Of a stretch of DNA of 60,641 bases, positions 1 to 9,001 are shown one piece after another. The translations under genes and the position numbers were made by a program. Where the stretch lies: contig JAFTZI010000189.1 of assembly GCA_017461055.1 (NCBI GenBank), positions 1 through 60,641 on the forward strand. The letters are read 5' to 3'. The number at the start of each line of letters is the position of its first letter. The first letter of the stretch is position 1. The DNA comes from Clostridia bacterium (GTDB taxonomy: Bacteria; Bacillota; Clostridia; Oscillospirales; CAG-272). The notes under the pieces are model-generated. The model saw only the letters and a program-made list of their open reading frames with translations. It did no database searches and had not been told where the DNA came from.

Positions 1-1
1 A

Positions 2-151
2 ATGCTAAAGAATGAGAGCTTTAAAAAGGCACTAATAGATAGCAAGGGTTATGAATTATCACACAAAATAGGAAAGCATGACCCAAGAAAAACAATTTTA
101 ACAGAAAAAGAGTTTCTTTCTATATTAAACAGCCTAAGAAATAATCTATGA
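2..151 (+). CDS. 3' end of an ORF truncated by the window edge; product unknown
   Basis: The frame is open from the window start to TGA at 149-151 (...HKIGKHDPRKTILTEKEFLSILNSLRNNL*). A hairpin terminator follows. No family recognised. Confidence 0.4.
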   Translation: MLKNESFKKALIDSKGYELSHKIGKHDPRKTILTEKEFLSILNSLRNNL

Positions 152-190
152 TTGAACATATAAACAAATGAGCATATATTGTATATAATA

Positions 191-217
191 AAAATCCCGA
201 TAAATTCGGGATTTTTT
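191..217. terminator. Bidirectional intrinsic terminator between convergent genes
   Basis: AAAATCCCGA (191-200) pairs with TCGGGATTTT (206-215), with A/T runs on both sides. Confidence 0.75.
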
Positions 218-244
218 CACGCTTATGGCTTTAATTACAGGTAA

Positions 245-628
245 TTATCTTTTTGAGCAAGGAGTATTATAGAATTTATCAAGGTCAAGGAAATACTTGC
301 CCTCGTCATTCAGCTTGTATCCACTAACTCTTAAAAGCACATCAGTAGTAGCATTTTCATCCATATATGAGCTTGTTATGCCGCATCTGAACATAAAGCT
401 CATAGCTGCTCTTAACATAATTATCATAGCTTCATTATCTTCTACATTAGGCGCATATGAAAGATTTTTTATGTAACCGCAATCATTTTCAAAGGTGAAT
501 TGACAAATGCCGATAAATCCGTTGTCATCTGCCTTATACGCAAAGGCGTTTTCAATAAATTCTACATTACATTTAGTACAAAGATCTTTTTGTTCATCTT
601 TTGTTTGAATAGGTATTACCGTTAACAT
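245..628 (-). CDS. Hypothetical small protein (weak GNAT-like core; function unknown)
   Basis: 127-aa ORF with a strong SD (AAGGAG) upstream of the ATG. No acetyl-CoA binding motif is recognisable. Confidence 0.6.
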   Translation of the reverse strand: MLTVIPIQTKDEQKDLCTKCNVEFIENAFAYKADDNGFIGICQFTFENDCGYIKNLSYAPNVEDNEAMIIMLRAAMSFMFRCGITSSYMDENATTDVLLRVSGYKLNDEGKYFLDLDKFYNTPCSKR

Positions 629-641
629 AAAAACTCCTTAA

Positions 642-1370
642 TCAAATATTATCACTTTTACCCAAAAGGTAGTCAACCTCATTTTGAGTTAGCTCTCTCC
701 ATTTACCGCGTTCAAGCTCTCCCAGCTTAAGCTTACCGATAGAAATGCGTGTCAAACGCATAATAGTAAGACCGCAGGTATCACACATTTTGCGTATTTG
801 CCTGTTTCTGCCCTCATTTAAGGTAAAAAGGGTGTTAGTATTACCGTTCTTTTGAGAAATAATTCTAACCTTAACAGGCTTTAGCTTGTAACCGTCAATT
901 TCCATAGGAGAATTTAGCTTATGTAGCGTATCGGGAGAAATATCTCCCTTAATAATTACGCTATAGGTTTTTGGCATATTATGCTTTGGATGGGTTAAAC
1001 GGTTCGTTAATTCTCCGTCATTTGTCAAAAGGAGCAAGCCCTCAGAGTACATGTCAAGCCTGCCGACAGGGTAAATTCTTTCTCCAACATCGCTAACAAG
1101 GGAAAGAACCGTTTCACGTCCCTTTTCATCGGAGGTGGTGGTAACATAGCCAAGTGGCTTGTTTAACATAATGTACCGTTTGCTTGATACGTTATTTTTA
1201 ATAATCTTACCGTTATAGGTAACAACGTCGTTTTCAGGGTCAACCTTATCTCCGACCTTGGCAGTAATACCGTTTACTTTAACATTTCCTGCCTCGATAA
1301 CACGCTCAGCGCTTCGTCTTGACATAATTTTATTGTCAGTAAAAAACTTTTGTAGTCTGATTTTTTCCAT
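642..1370 (-). CDS. rluB: Pseudouridine synthase, RsuA/RluB family (S4 domain + catalytic core)
   Basis: N-terminal S4 RNA-binding region (RLQKFF...SRRSAERVI). Catalytic motif GRLDMYSEGLLLLTNDG. Confidence 0.9.
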   Translation of the reverse strand: MEKIRLQKFFTDNKIMSRRSAERVIEAGNVKVNGITAKVGDKVDPENDVVTYNGKIIKNNVSSKRYIMLNKPLGYVTTTSDEKGRETVLSLVSDVGERIYPVGRLDMYSEGLLLLTNDGELTNRLTHPKHNMPKTYSVIIKGDISPDTLHKLNSPMEIDGYKLKPVKVRIISQKNGNTNTLFTLNEGRNRQIRKMCDTCGLTIMRLTRISIGKLKLGELERGKWRELTQNEVDYLLGKSDNI

Positions 1371-2473
1371 TATTTAAATAATCTTTCGAAAAATGATTTT
1401 TTATAATTAATTGCTTTAACATTCTCGATTGCTTTTACAGGTAGGGAGCCGATTTCCGTACCGTTATTGTAGAAAACAATTCTGCCAACAACATCACCGA
1501 CAGAAACAGGAGCAGAAATTAGCCTGTTAGCCTCAAAAACAGCCGAAATATTAACATTGTTCTTTTCAAGAGTAATACTTAGCTTTCCATCACTTTTTGC
1601 TAAAAAGCTTTCCTTATTTCCACCGATAGAATTTAATCTTACAGTGTAATCGTAATTCTCTGTAAGATTAATGCTTGTATATTTGTTAAATCCCAAATCG
1701 AGCATATTTTTATGGTCGTTCCAGTCATTTGGCGCATTCAGTGTAACGCAAACAAGCATAACGCCGTCACGCTCAGCACAGGAAACCAAGCACCTGCCGC
1801 ATTTCTTGGTAAATCCGGTTTTTATACCGATTGCGCCGTCATAGGAGCGTAAAAGCTTGTTGTGATTTACCAAAACACGTGATCCTTCACCGTTGTTTAA
1901 TGGAATTTCCTTTTTGTAGGTAGAAACAATTTCGGCAAAAACAGGATTTTTCATAGCATAAACGCTAATTAGTCCAAGCTCATACGGTGTAGTATAATGC
2001 TCGCAATCGTCAAGCCCGTGAGGATTGGTAAAGTGTGTGTTTGAAAGACCAAGCTCTGCGGCTTTATCATTCATCATTTGAGCAAAGCCCTCAATGCTGC
2101 CGCCCACCGTGTATGCAAGCGCCACAGAAGCATCATTAGCACTCTCAAGTAAAAGAGCATATAAAAGGTCCGATATTTTAAGGCACTCACCCTCGTGCAA
2201 GTAAATAGAAGAGCCCTCAACATTAGTCATACAAGGCTCAATAACAACAGTGTCATCAAGCTCAGCGTTTTCAATAACAACAATTGCAGTCATTATTTTA
2301 GTTGTGCTTGCCATAGGTAAACGAGCATCGGCATTTTTGCCATAGACTACATCTCCGCTTTGCATTTCAAGCAATACAGCGCCCTTGGCAGAAATGTCAA
2401 GAGCGTTTGCAGAAAATGAAAGCATAAGAAGAGAAGCAAAAAGCAATAAAAGAACATAAATTTTTTTGTGCAT
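1370..2473 (-). CDS. D-alanyl-D-alanine carboxypeptidase (PBP5-type, S11 peptidase; dacB/dacF-like)
   Basis: Signal peptide plus SxxK (ASTTK), SxN (SAN) and KTG (IKTGFT) motifs. Lies beside scpAB as dacB does in Bacillus. Confidence 0.9.
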   Translation of the reverse strand: MHKKIYVLLLLFASLLMLSFSANALDISAKGAVLLEMQSGDVVYGKNADARLPMASTTKIMTAIVVIENAELDDTVVIEPCMTNVEGSSIYLHEGECLKISDLLYALLLESANDASVALAYTVGGSIEGFAQMMNDKAAELGLSNTHFTNPHGLDDCEHYTTPYELGLISVYAMKNPVFAEIVSTYKKEIPLNNGEGSRVLVNHNKLLRSYDGAIGIKTGFTKKCGRCLVSCAERDGVMLVCVTLNAPNDWNDHKNMLDLGFNKYTSINLTENYDYTVRLNSIGGNKESFLAKSDGKLSITLEKNNVNISAVFEANRLISAPVSVGDVVGRIVFYNNGTEIGSLPVKAIENVKAINYKKSFFERLFK

Positions 2474-2534
2474 AATAAGCTCCTTGTAATTCGTTTATAC
2501 TTATTATGCGCTAAAAAAACAATTTAAAAAGAAC

Positions 2535-2942
2535 TTATTCTTCCTGTTGAGCTTCCTTTTTGCCGGCAAATAAATTTTTAAATTTTTCAATAAGCTCAGG
2601 AGAATTTTCGATAAATCCAACAATTTGAGAAATTGGATCCTTAGGTTCATAATTGATATTTAATAAATCAACCTTACCGTTTGGCTCAACAACCAAAAAG
2701 CCAACAGGAGAAACCGTAACACCGGTACCTCCACCACCGCCGAAATTCTGTGTAACATCGCTTTTTTTGCCAAAATAGTCTATACCACCGGTCGCAATTC
2801 CAACAAAAACCTTAGAAATAGGAATAATTACAGTTCCGCTATCAGTGGTAATAGGTGTGCCGGTAACGGTGTTAGCGTCCACCATACTTCTAACATTGTC
2901 AAGTGCGGCCTTGATTATTTCACTCTGCTTTGTCTGTTCCAT
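2535..2942 (-). CDS. GerW/YtfJ family sporulation protein
   Basis: 135 aa. Characteristic N-terminus (...VRSMVDANTVTGTPITTDSGTVIIPISKV...) and a Gly-rich core (GGGGGTG). Confidence 0.8.
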   Translation of the reverse strand: MEQTKQSEIIKAALDNVRSMVDANTVTGTPITTDSGTVIIPISKVFVGIATGGIDYFGKKSDVTQNFGGGGGTGVTVSPVGFLVVEPNGKVDLLNINYEPKDPISQIVGFIENSPELIEKFKNLFAGKKEAQQEE

Positions 2943-3564
2943 GTTTATCCTCCTTAGTGGATTTTAATTTAAAATATGTTATCATAGCGTGAATACCTAC
3001 ATAAACGAGTGACGCAAAATGAAGGTAAAGCACAATTTTTGCTTTAAAATCGGATTTTTGAGAAAGAAAGTCAGCGCTGACAGAAATATCGGAATTATCT
3101 GTCATATCAACATTTGAAATAGATTTAAGCGTTTCCAAAAGATAGCTGACTCCTTGGTTTACAGCGCCGTATAAAAGCGCGGTAGTTGCCGCATTGTTGG
3201 CAGCTACCTTGACTTTAAGCACAATAAACTTGAAATGTAGCTTGCCCAAAAATCTTTTTATAAGTGTCAGTAACGATTCCCTTATTTCAAAAAGACCTTG
3301 CACAATTGATTTTTCCTTTGGCTTTGTATCATTGCTGACAGCCTTTTTATCATCATTCTTTTTAGCGACCGCTTTATTGGCCGCTTTTTTCTTGTTGCCC
3401 TTTTTCTTTTTAGACCCGGATGGAATAATGCTGATTTTGAAAAACAAAAATTGAGCATAAATCCTCAAGCTTTCATCATAGCTCAAAAACACCTTAATCT
3501 TAGAAATAAGCAAAAGAAACAGAAGCAGAGCAACACCTATTAAAATATAACCGTATACAGGCAT
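2920..3564 (-). CDS. DUF2953/YtfI-like membrane protein
   Basis: N-terminal TM helix, Lys-rich linker, strong SD (AAAGGAGGGAG). Overlaps the ytfJ-like gene by 23 nt, the pairing seen for ytfI-ytfJ. Confidence 0.55.
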   Translation of the reverse strand: MPVYGYILIGVALLLFLLLISKIKVFLSYDESLRIYAQFLFFKISIIPSGSKKKKGNKKKAANKAVAKKNDDKKAVSNDTKPKEKSIVQGLFEIRESLLTLIKRFLGKLHFKFIVLKVKVAANNAATTALLYGAVNQGVSYLLETLKSISNVDMTDNSDISVSADFLSQKSDFKAKIVLYLHFASLVYVGIHAMITYFKLKSTKEDKHGTDKAE

Positions 3565-3590
3565 AATCTCCCTCCTTTAAATTTGCAAAA

Positions 3591-4358
3591 TCAGTCTAAA
3601 TCCTCATCTGACTCCTCGTCATCAAAATCATCGCTTGTGTCAGTATCAACCGCTTCATCTGTCATTTCGTCAACCGCTTCATCAGCTGTTTCGCCAATTG
3701 CATCGGTAGCTGTGTTTTCGTCAGCGTTTTCGCCGCCTAAGGAGTCACCCTCGTTCTCGTTTCGCGGCTCGGGAATTTCAATATCAAGCGGTATAACCTC
3801 GCCCTCATTTTGTGCCATAGGAAGCTCCACGTATGGAAGCTGCTCAAGAGATTCAATTCCGAAGCAACGCAAAAATGTTGAGGTTGTCCTGTAAACGTGG
3901 GGCCTGCCGGGAGCATCAAGACGTCCGCAGGGCTCAATTAAGTTTTTCTCGCAAAGGCTCGCAACAATATAAGCGCTATCTACCTTTCTTACCATATCAA
4001 CAAAAGCTCTTGTTACAGGTCGAATAGCCTGGTTATAAGCTATTATAGCCAAAACCTCAAGAGATGAAGCAGATAGATTTCCGCCCTTTCTTATTCCCAA
4101 GGCATCCTTGATACAGGGTAAATATTGCTCCTTGGTGCAAAGCTGACACCTATCCTCAAAGGTAAGAAGCATAATGCCCTTTTTCTCGTCCTTGTTATAT
4201 TCCTCAGCAAAGGCAAAAACCTTTTCCCTTACCTGACTCTCAAAAAGGTCTAAAACCTCAGCTATTTTTTCATATGTAATTGGGTGTCCCGCGGCAAAGA
4301 GAATAGCCTCAATGGCAGCCTCGGTATTTTTAATATCAATATTTTGTCCGTTATCCAT
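3591..4358 (-). CDS. scpB: Segregation and condensation protein B (ScpB) with a long acidic C-terminal tail
   Basis: N-terminus AAIEAILFAAGHPITYEKIAEVL is typical of ScpB. Sits 1 nt downstream of scpA. The last ~70 aa are D/E-rich. Confidence 0.85.
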   Translation of the reverse strand: MDNGQNIDIKNTEAAIEAILFAAGHPITYEKIAEVLDLFESQVREKVFAFAEEYNKDEKKGIMLLTFEDRCQLCTKEQYLPCIKDALGIRKGGNLSASSLEVLAIIAYNQAIRPVTRAFVDMVRKVDSAYIVASLCEKNLIEPCGRLDAPGRPHVYRTTSTFLRCFGIESLEQLPYVELPMAQNEGEVIPLDIEIPEPRNENEGDSLGGENADENTATDAIGETADEAVDEMTDEAVDTDTSDDFDDEESDEDLD

Positions 4359-4359
4359 T

Positions 4360-5139
4360 TCAGCCCTCCCTTTGATTACTTAATTTTCCGGTGTATAAGC
4401 AAATAAATACACCCTTATCAAGGTTAATAACTCCGTCTTCATCCTCAATAGCGTATTCTTGCTCTTCAATATAAATTCTGCCCGCCTTCAGCATCTCTAA
4501 AAGAGCCATAAAGGTAGCAACAGCCTTATGCTTCGTTGTTACATCGCTGAAGCACAGCATAACATCGGCTCTTTTGTTGTTGTTAATCAGTGTTCTTAGA
4601 ACAAAAAATACTCTCTCACTTACAGAAACCGTTTTGGTGCTGATAAGCGGCTTGATTTTTTCACTTGCAACCTCATCGGTTACCTCAATAGTACTAATAA
4701 TTCTCATAAGAGCGCTTGACAGCAAATTAACATTGTGCTCAGCGACATATGAACGGTCAGCGGGGATTTCATCGGTATCCTTTTCCATACGGCCGTTGTA
4801 AAGAGAATAAAGCGTTCCTAATTTGGACGAAGCCTCCTTAGCCCTTTCGTATTCCAAAAGCGCAAGCTTCAATTGCTCCTCGTCATCATCCTTCTCATTT
4901 TCGTCAGCGCGGGGAAGCAGCTTTCTGCTCTTAATGAGCATAAGCTGTGAAGCCATAACTAAAAACTCGGCAGACAATTCGATATTATATGACTGTACTG
5001 TTTCTATATATTCAATATATTGGTCGCAAATAACAGCTATTTGGATATCCTCAATGCTCATTTTGTTTTTTGCCAGTAAGCTTAAAAGCAAGTCAAGAGG
5101 GCCCTCAAATTGTTCAATCTTGTAAATTATTTGTTCCAT
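4360..5139 (-). CDS. scpA: Segregation and condensation protein A (ScpA kleisin)
   Basis: FEGPLDLLLSLLAKNKMSIEDIQIAVICDQY is the conserved ScpA N-terminal motif. Synteny with scpB supports the call. Confidence 0.85.
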   Translation of the reverse strand: MEQIIYKIEQFEGPLDLLLSLLAKNKMSIEDIQIAVICDQYIEYIETVQSYNIELSAEFLVMASQLMLIKSRKLLPRADENEKDDDEEQLKLALLEYERAKEASSKLGTLYSLYNGRMEKDTDEIPADRSYVAEHNVNLLSSALMRIISTIEVTDEVASEKIKPLISTKTVSVSERVFFVLRTLINNNKRADVMLCFSDVTTKHKAVATFMALLEMLKAGRIYIEEQEYAIEDEDGVINLDKGVFICLYTGKLSNQREG

Positions 5140-5147
5140 AAAAATCC

Positions 5148-5825
5148 TTAGAAAATTAGATTAAATAAGCTTGTAAATAAGTTAAATACTCCACTAACGC
5201 AAAGGGATAAAAAGCCGGTAATATATCCACCGAATAAGCGCGAATCAAAAATCAAAATAAGGAAGAATACAGCACTTATCTCTCTTTCGTGCAATTTACA
5301 CCAGTTGCTTGCCTTAGGTGGCAAAAAGGCATAAAGAATTTTAGAGCCGTCAAGAGGTGGAACAGGTAAAAGGTTAAATAAGGCAAGAGAAATATTTAAC
5401 CAACCGAAATAATATAAAAATGTAACCAACACTCGAGCTAAATTAAAGGTAAACTCGTTTGCAAACTGGTCAGGTAAAAGGTTAAGGGTTAAAACGTATA
5501 AAAAGCAACCGACAAAACCAAGTGCAATATTAGCACAGGGACCGGCAAGAGCGGAAAGAGCCATATCCCTTTTAGAATTCTTAAAGTTAGTTATATCAAT
5601 AGGAACAGGCTTCGCCCATCCAAAATGTACAAGTAACATACATACAGCACCTATCGGGTCAATATGCTTGAACGGATTTAAGGTTAGTCTACCCATATAT
5701 TTTGCAGTAGGGTCGCCTAATTTGTGTGCAATAAATCCATGCGCACACTCGTGAAATGTTAGTGCAATGAGCACGATAGGAAAAATAATTATAAGCTCAA
5801 TTAAAAAATCTATTAAAAAATCCAT
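5148..5825 (-). CDS. Site-2 protease family (peptidase M50) membrane metalloprotease
   Basis: Polytopic membrane protein with HExxH (HECAHG) in TM1. LPVPPLDGSK matches the second metal-ligand motif region of M50. Confidence 0.8.
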   Translation of the reverse strand: MDFLIDFLIELIIIFPIVLIALTFHECAHGFIAHKLGDPTAKYMGRLTLNPFKHIDPIGAVCMLLVHFGWAKPVPIDITNFKNSKRDMALSALAGPCANIALGFVGCFLYVLTLNLLPDQFANEFTFNLARVLVTFLYYFGWLNISLALFNLLPVPPLDGSKILYAFLPPKASNWCKLHEREISAVFFLILIFDSRLFGGYITGFLSLCVSGVFNLFTSLFNLIF

Positions 5826-5846
5826 TATATACCCTTATATCTAAAA

Positions 5847-6452
5847 TTATGCTTCCTCAGCGTATCCTAAAATCGCATCCCAAACATCATTTTTTCCTTC
5901 CTTTGATTGAGAGGAAAAGAGAATAATTTGAGTACCGGGTAAAATTGAACGGTCAGTTACTAAGGAATTAACAGCCCTTTCGCGTTCTGTTTTATTAAGC
6001 TTGTCTGTTTTTGTAGCCACGATAATATATGGCAGTCCAACCTGATTTAAAAATTCTACCATATCTCGATCGTCCTTTGTAAGACCGATTCTTGAGTCAA
6101 CAAGCTGAACAACAAGACGCAAAAGATCAATGTTTGGATTGTTTGTAAAATAGCCATCAACCAAGGTAGACCATTTAAGCTGGTCCTCCTTAGTTCTTTT
6201 AGCATAGCCATAGCCGGGTAAGTCAACCAAGAAAAGCTTTTTATCAACATCATAAAAGTTGACAGTAATTGTCTTTCCGGGAGCAGAGCTTACACGAGCC
6301 ATAGACTTTCTGTTTAAAAGTGTGTTAATCAAAGAGCTTTTTCCAACGTTGGATCTTCCGGAAAAGGCAATTTGAGGTAAAGGCGCACGCACGAATTGAT
6401 TTGGCGTGCCGGCACTAATTTTTAGCGCCACATTGTTTACATTTATTTTCAT
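5847..6452 (-). CDS. engB: Ribosome biogenesis GTPase EngB/YsxC/YihA
   Basis: G1 GRSNVGKSS, G3 DLPGYG, G4 TKTDK. Sits downstream of lon as in B. subtilis lonA-ysxC. Confidence 0.9.
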   Translation of the reverse strand: MKINVNNVALKISAGTPNQFVRAPLPQIAFSGRSNVGKSSLINTLLNRKSMARVSSAPGKTITVNFYDVDKKLFLVDLPGYGYAKRTKEDQLKWSTLVDGYFTNNPNIDLLRLVVQLVDSRIGLTKDDRDMVEFLNQVGLPYIIVATKTDKLNKTERERAVNSLVTDRSILPGTQIILFSSQSKEGKNDVWDAILGYAEEA

Positions 6453-8829
6453 TTCCTACCAAGCTTGGAACATTGTTGCTGAAAATAGCAATTACCTCCT
6501 CGTCAGCAAAGGCAGCATCAAGCACCTCAAATATGCTGGAGCAAGGAATAAAATGTACATTTTCCCGCACTGTTTTATCAATGTCCTCAAGGTCCTTTTC
6601 GTTCTTTTTAGGTATAATGATATTGGTAACTCCGCCGGAGTAAGCAGCTAATGTCTTTTCCTTCAAGCCGCCAATGGGTAAAACCTTACCGCGCAAGGTA
6701 ATTTCACCTGTCATTGCAATATCACGCTTAACGGGTCTGTTTGAAAGAATACTTACAAGAGCGGTAGTAATAGTAACACCCGCACTTGGTCCGTCCTTTG
6801 GAACAGCTCCCTCGGGCACGTGAATGTGTATATCGGAATTAGCATAAAAATCAGGGTCGATTCCCAAAGCTTCCGCATTTTCACGAATAAAGCTAACAGC
6901 AATCTCACAGGATTCCCTCATAACCTCACCAAGCTTACCGGTTAATTGCAGCTTTCCGTTACCCTTCATAACAGTAGCTTCAATTTTAAGTAAATCACCG
7001 CCAATAGAGGTATAAGCCATACCGTTTACGACACCGATTTGATTATCAGGGTCGATTTTCTCGCTTTCGTATTTTTCAACTCCAAGATATTTTTGAAGTG
7101 TTAATGCATCAATAGAAACAGATTTAACCTTATTTTCTATTATTTCCTTAGCGCATTTTCTGCAAAGAGAAGCGATAACCCTTTCAAGTCCGCGCACACC
7201 TGCCTCGGCAGTATAGGAATCAATTATTTTGTAAATCGCATCATCGCTAAGCTTGAGCATACGCTTGTTAAGACCGTGTAGCTTTAATTGCTTACCAAGC
7301 AAATGATTTTTAGCAATATGTAGCTTTTCGTTTCTTGTGTATGAGGAAAGCTCTATTATTTCCATACGGTCAATAAGCGGCGCAGGTATAGAATCAAGAG
7401 TGTTAGCGGTTGCAATAAACATACAACGGGATAAATCAATACTCATCTCAACAAAATGGTCTCTGAAGGACTTGTTTTGCTCGCTATCAAGAACCTCAAG
7501 CATAGCAGAGGCAGGGTCCCCGCGTGAGTCGGAGGTCATTTTGTCAATCTCGTCAAGAACCATAACCGGGTTTGCAGTCTTGCACTCGCAAAGAGCATTA
7601 ATAATTCTGCCCGGCATAGCACCGACATAGGTCTTTCTGTGTCCCCTGATATCAGCCTCGTCACGTATGCCGCCTAAGGACACACGAACATACTTTCTTT
7701 TTAAAGCCTTGGCAATAGATGCGCAAAGAGAGGTCTTACCAACACCGGGAGGGCCGACAAGACAAATAATTTGATTTTTAACCTCAGGGTTAATCTCCTT
7801 GACAGCAATAAATTCAAGGATGCGCTCCTTTACCTTTTCAAGTCCGTAATGGTCTCTTTCAAGCACCTTACGAGCATTAGCGACGCTTGTTTCATCATTA
7901 GAGAATTTTTCAAACGGTATTTCAAGACAGGTTTCAATATAGGTGCGCAAAACAGCGGATTCGGGAGAGCCAAACGGCGCCTTGTTGAATTTTGTAAGCT
8001 CCTTTAAAAGCTTTTCTTCAACAGCCTTAGGGAAATGCTTGCTCATAATTTGCTCGTAAAGCTCCTCGCTTTCGCTTTGCGCATCGTTACCAAGCTCACC
8101 TTGAATAATTTTTAATTGCTCACGTAAATAATATTCACGCTGACTCTCGTCAATTTTAGCATTAGTCTTTCTTTTAATAGCACCCTCAAGCTTAACTACC
8201 TTGATTTCCTTATCCATCAGCTCAATAGCAAGCTGTGTGCGCTTGAACATATCATACTCTGCCAAAATAGCGTACTTGTCCTCTGTGCGTGTAAGTATTA
8301 AAGCGCCGCAAAGGTCAGAAAGAAAATCTAAATCATCAATCACATCAAATTGCATCAGCATATCGCTTGACGGAGAGGCAAACATAGAAATAGCAGCCTT
8401 GGCTTTTGTGGAAAGAACTCTTAAGTATGCGTCGTGCTCAGCCTTGTCAAAGTCAGTAATTTCAAGCCTCTTTGCAACAACGCTTGCCATATAAAACGTG
8501 CCGGAGGAATGAATACTTGTATGCTCAGCCCTGCAAACACCCTCGAAGGATGCAAGAATTGACTTAGGTCCCTTTTTAGTCACCTGCTTAACCTTGGCAA
8601 TTACACCAACGTTAAACAGATTGGAAATCTCGATTTTTTCAGCAAATGGATTTTTCTGTGACACAAGAAAAACAAATGAGTCAGTTTTTTCAGCAACCTC
8701 AACAGCATTTTTCAGCACAGGGTTAGAAATATCCACGGTTATTGATATATTTGGAAATGCGAAAACTGCGCCCATTAAAGGGACTAAAGGCATTGAAAAG
8801 CTTTCGCACATTTCATTGTATTTTGCCAT
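6415..8829 (-). CDS. lon: ATP-dependent Lon protease (LonA)
   Basis: Walker A GPPGVGKTS and protease motif PKDGPSAG. Start placed at ATG 8829 (MAKYNE...) because AAAGGA lies 7 nt upstream; the track ORF begins 8 codons earlier. Confidence 0.93.
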   Translation of the reverse strand: MAKYNEMCESFSMPLVPLMGAVFAFPNISITVDISNPVLKNAVEVAEKTDSFVFLVSQKNPFAEKIEISNLFNVGVIAKVKQVTKKGPKSILASFEGVCRAEHTSIHSSGTFYMASVVAKRLEITDFDKAEHDAYLRVLSTKAKAAISMFASPSSDMLMQFDVIDDLDFLSDLCGALILTRTEDKYAILAEYDMFKRTQLAIELMDKEIKVVKLEGAIKRKTNAKIDESQREYYLREQLKIIQGELGNDAQSESEELYEQIMSKHFPKAVEEKLLKELTKFNKAPFGSPESAVLRTYIETCLEIPFEKFSNDETSVANARKVLERDHYGLEKVKERILEFIAVKEINPEVKNQIICLVGPPGVGKTSLCASIAKALKRKYVRVSLGGIRDEADIRGHRKTYVGAMPGRIINALCECKTANPVMVLDEIDKMTSDSRGDPASAMLEVLDSEQNKSFRDHFVEMSIDLSRCMFIATANTLDSIPAPLIDRMEIIELSSYTRNEKLHIAKNHLLGKQLKLHGLNKRMLKLSDDAIYKIIDSYTAEAGVRGLERVIASLCRKCAKEIIENKVKSVSIDALTLQKYLGVEKYESEKIDPDNQIGVVNGMAYTSIGGDLLKIEATVMKGNGKLQLTGKLGEVMRESCEIAVSFIRENAEALGIDPDFYANSDIHIHVPEGAVPKDGPSAGVTITTALVSILSNRPVKRDIAMTGEITLRGKVLPIGGLKEKTLAAYSGGVTNIIIPKKNEKDLEDIDKTVRENVHFIPCSSIFEVLDAAFADEEVIAIFSNNVPSLVGNENKCKQCGAKN

Positions 8830-8941
8830 ATGTAATCCTTTCAAAACGAACAATAAAAAATAATCATAAATATTTATTTTATATTATAACACACAATTAA
8901 CAAAATTGCTATAAAAAATGAAAAATAAATTTTAAAATTGT

Positions 8942-8970
8942 TTGACATATTTGCATAATTGTAGTAAAAT
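8942..8970 (+). promoter_or_regulatory. Sigma-A-type promoter for rqcH
   Basis: TTGACA (8942-8947), 17-nt spacer, TAAAAT (8965-8970). Confidence 0.55.
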
Positions 8971-9001
8971 TAATAAAAAAGTATACTCAAGGAGAAAAAA
9001 T

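Noticed and set aside
6415-6452. 38-nt overlap between the lon 3' end and the engB 5' end, considered as a possible frameshift or mis-assembly
   Set aside because: Both proteins are full length and colinear with homologues up to their termini. The EngB N-terminus MKINV...ISAGTPNQF matches B. subtilis YsxC. The overlap is probably genuine and unremarkable.
8830-8853. N-terminal extensions suggested by the ORF track for lon, and similarly for rqcH 8942, the TSCPD protein 35309, trmB 35296, the XRE regulator 39069, secA 40461, the membrane gene 43217, the HD protein 47335, ABC subunit 1 47591 and the RDD protein 51480
   Set aside because: In each case an internal ATG with a properly spaced SD gives an N-terminus matching the family. 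The longer forms are simply the longest possible ORFs.
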